DNA of 64,000 nucleotides from Albugo candida (Eukaryota): NCBI GenBank assembly GCA_040437565.1, contig JBDOQK010000020.1, positions 62,001 to 126,000 of the forward strand, read 5' to 3'. Shown piece by piece: positions 60,961 to 64,000 of this stretch (position 1 is its first letter; each line of letters starts with the position of its first letter). The notes under the pieces were generated by a model. It saw only the letters and a program-made list of their open reading frames with translations, ran no database searches and was not told where the DNA came from. The position numbers and the translations under genes were made by a program.

Positions 60961-61834
60961 CGGCTTTGGGCGTTCCCATATAGTGCAGCAGCGCTCTTGT
61001 ATCAGAAGTTTATGTAAGATGCGAATGGAAAACTTTTTCATCTTGTATATCTTCTGTGCTAACATACGCTGCATTAGTACATAATAAAAATAAGCATTTT
61101 CTCGATAGTGTTTCTTCTAAATTTGCCCTTCTGCTCATCGATTCTCAAGATACAAGGAAGAGTGGAAGTCTGAATAGGATAGAGATAAAGAAGGTAGTGA
61201 AAGTCATTTGAGCGAAAGTGAGCAACTCGGGTGCGACTCGTTATGGCTGTGTAATGCTGCACTACAAAGGAGTCAAGGAAAGCCCACTTTGTCTACAGAT
61301 GCATTCGTGAACGGCGACAACGCGTGGGTACAGTTGTGGCAGCGTCTCAACGGACTCTATCAGCCGATTAGAACCCCATAGGAGATCAATGATGGTGTCA
61401 CACTTGATCGTAATTGCAAGTGGAGGCTTATATCTTTCGAGCACGTCAGATGGAACGGAAGAGGCCACTACACGGATCAAGCCTAGTGCTTCGATACTCT
61501 AGAGTGGACAGACTCTGAATTGAGCAGCTGGGGACTTTACCTCCATTCTGGACGAACCGAGTGTTTGCGTTCAGTAATATGAGCGACCTGATTTTCATTT
61601 GAGTGTATACTTTCGACAAGCTATCCTCTCAGGGTCTCAATCGAGTCCGTATCCACTCGATATGAAAAAAACGACAGAATCTTGTCTTGAGTTGGCTCAA
61701 ATAATATAATATTAGCCAGTAATACGCGAGCTGCCGACCAAAACGGGTAAAATAAAGACGCTGTCGTAGCCATGTGAGCGGTACTGTATGATATAGTATA
61801 AACCGGTATGACAACTATAAAGTGAATTGAAAGA

Positions 61835-62242
61835 ATGAATGTGGCTAGTCGACTGGCCATTTCTTTGAGAACAAATGGGGCCCTACGAGGACATCGAAAG
61901 CTGAGTTCAAGCGCTCAAAATCACTCCCAACAACATAAGGAAAAGTACCCTTTTGACATGCATTTTCATGTAAGTCCTGTACACAAGTATCTTGGAACTG
62001 CGTACGGCACAATGCTTTGGCTTTGGGTGTTTTGGAGAATGAAACAAGACGGCAAAGCACTTTTGGTATTTGAGAGACTCGGCAAGTCGCATACTTGAAA
62101 AATGATTATTTACTCTCATTCATAGGGATTGGAACATCCTTGGGAGCACGGCCATGATCACTCTGCTAATGGAGAAGAAGCCGTCTCCTATCGTTACGAG
62201 CGAATTGGCGTCGGCGAAATACCGCAACTCGTGGAAGAGTAG
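61835..62242 (+). CDS. NDUFB2: Mitochondrial complex I subunit NDUFB2 (AGGG); intron 62066-62125
   Basis: Basic presequence, then HKYLGTAYGTMLWLWVFWRMKQDGKALL|GLEHPWEHGHDH, typical of NDUFB2. Confidence 0.8.
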
Positions 62243-62476
62243 CGATAAGTTGCGGATACGACTTTCATGTCACGAATTAGCACCTTTGGTCGCAGATTGT
62301 GCGGTCTAACAGATAATGATTCCTATCATCGTATCTTTTCTGATTTGAAAAGTTGAACTGAGCCAATAATCACACATTTTACCTCTTGATGAACTGAAGT
62401 TCTTCGACTGGATTCAGATGCAACAGAGCTTCTCACTCTCGGTGTTCAAAGACTCGGTGCGTAGCGTGGAGGTCGG

Positions 62477-64000
62477 CTAGCACACTAGAAGCTGCACAAA
62501 TCGTTTGTATTCGCCATGGTTCAAATGCACTTGGAGAGCTCCCTGAGGTAGCTTCTCAGGAACATTAGCATCGGTGCGGCTCTTCGTTGTGGTCATCAGC
62601 CGTCCGACAAACACAGCTGGGCGTTCAACTTGCCCTGGCTGATACCCAAATGCGATTTCTGCGCACTCGATCGCCCGCACAATTTGTGGATTCTCATTTC
62701 GATCTCGTGCAAGCTTTGCTGCCTGGCAACGAAGTTGTTCGATCTTGTTTTGATTTTGTCTCACGGTAACTTGCTCAGCCATCAACTGGTTTGAAGGCGC
62801 CTGCGTATCATTCAGCTTCACCAAACGTGGACAAGACGCATCTACCCAGACGTCTCTATTCAGTGATTCGATCTCCTTCAAAAGCTGAATCGACTCGTCA
62901 TCAGATTTATTCTTTTTCTTCGATACTGGTGCAAACGGATCAAGTCTTGACAACCTTTCTCGAGCCAATTGTGTTTTAGCTGTACGCACTTCCGATCTCA
63001 AATGTCGTACTGTCGCAATAAAGCTTTCCATCTCCGCATCGCCGACAGCAGAAAACTTACTTTTGGGTGTGATCATCCGGCCACCGTCTTTCAAGCGTTC
63101 GAATTGCTTTTGCATGTCTTTGATCAGCGATTCCAAAGCCAATTTTTCTTTTTGAGAATCCGCCAACGCCAAATCGGACTGATTTTGTGTTTCCGTCACT
63201 TTACTGCTCAAAAACGTATTCTTCCCATTGAGAGCAGTATTCTTTTCTGTCAGTCGCAAAATGTCGCTTTCCAACTTTTGATTCACCACACGTAAATGAC
63301 TATTCAGTGTGTCCAATTCTCGCATTCGCGTGTTTGCAGCGTGAAGCGCATTAGTAAGCTCCTCGACGGTGGACCGAAGGCCCACTGATTCTGTCAAAAG
63401 CTGACGGATTTCTTGTGCTCTTGTTTCCCAGTGTGAAAAGCGCGTCATTGTAGGCTCAATGGAATCTGGTTTGAGTGCAAACGCGTCAAGGAAAGCCCCA
63501 CGACACACGGACTTGACAAGGGACGCGAGACGCTCCTTGGAGGACTCTAGCATCGGATTGAATAAAGTTTTAAAAAAGTCTGCCAGTTCTCCTGTCAGGC
63601 CATCTGAGAATGCTTCAGGCGTCAGCTTTCCTTGCAGCATGGTCCATGTAGCAATGATTTGGCCTGAGTATGCTTCCAACGCATCAAGATCGTCACAATG
63701 ATCCACAAGAAATCCGTCCAAATCTTCTTCACTGCTAATGAGATCGAGCTCGACCCTTCTGGAGAGCTGTTGTGCAAGTGATTTCAAGGTTTTTATCTGC
63801 TGGTACGAGTAAACAATCGCTTCGGGTTGTGATGCGTCCTCCAAAGATTCCTCAGTCTGACCGGGTGCATCATTTTGGGTATCATTTGACGTGAAATTCC
63901 CGCAATTGATCAATGCCAATGTCGATGCCAAGGTAGTGGTCGATATACTCAGCGTACAAGCATGTTTTCTTGCTCGCAATTTCACAATCCCGGTGAATTC
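62477..64000 (-). CDS. DCTN1: Dynactin subunit 1 (p150Glued)-like, C-terminal part (5' end outside the window)
   Basis: Long coiled coil. WETRAQEIRQLLTESVGL resembles the p150 'LRAAALRAEITDAEGL' region, and the C-terminal PAVFVGRL...LQVHLNHGEYKRFVQLL resembles the p150 tail. Confidence 0.65.
   Translation of the reverse strand, partial: EFTGIVKLRARKHACTLSISTTTLASTLALINCGNFTSNDTQNDAPGQTEESLEDASQPEAIVYSYQQIKTLKSLAQQLSRRVELDLISSEEDLDGFLVDHCDDLDALEAYSGQIIATWTMLQGKLTPEAFSDGLTGELADFFKTLFNPMLESSKERLASLVKSVCRGAFLDAFALKPDSIEPTMTRFSHWETRAQEIRQLLTESVGLRSTVEELTNALHAANTRMRELDTLNSHLRVVNQKLESDILRLTEKNTALNGKNTFLSSKVTETQNQSDLALADSQKEKLALESLIKDMQKQFERLKDGGRMITPKSKFSAVGDAEMESFIATVRHLRSEVRTAKTQLARERLSRLDPFAPVSKKKNKSDDESIQLLKEIESLNRDVWVDASCPRLVKLNDTQAPSNQLMAEQVTVRQNQNKIEQLRCQAAKLARDRNENPQIVRAIECAEIAFGYQPGQVERPAVFVGRLMTTTKSRTDANVPEKLPQGALQVHLNHGEYKRFVQLLVC

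Overview
Eukaryotic scaffold, most likely from an Albugo-type oomycete (white rust). This is an inference from a secreted CCG/CHXC-type effector, an oomycete INR-FPR promoter, ~55-65 nt GT-AG introns and a PX-domain myosin. The window has two zones. About 1-30 kb is gene-sparse and repeat-rich: three Mutator-like elements, two TIR-bounded MITE-like elements, a chromodomain Gypsy LTR element with a 5-bp TSD, a long-spacer Tc1/mariner-IS630 element, one intact 601-aa multi-module CCG effector candidate and several decayed CCG-like remnants. About 30.7-54 kb and 61.8-64 kb are gene-dense housekeeping blocks: Nup85, FRO-like ferric reductase, a stand-alone PX protein, a hypothetical protein, PX-myosin, a METTL21-like methyltransferase, GCN5, V-ATPase d, NDUFB2 and dynactin p150. 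There are two near-perfect tandem arrays (115 and 113 bp units). Ten of the 100-N gaps are flanked by direct duplications, nine of which look like unmerged contig overlaps (artefacts). Best leads: the CCG effector birth-and-death cluster, a motor-less paralogue of the myosin coiled-coil+PX tail, a small secreted protein with a VELR-DSEE motif, a dispersed CCG-like pseudogene family and an orphan cytochrome b5/nitrate reductase FAD-domain fragment. No database search was possible; family calls are by motif recognition.
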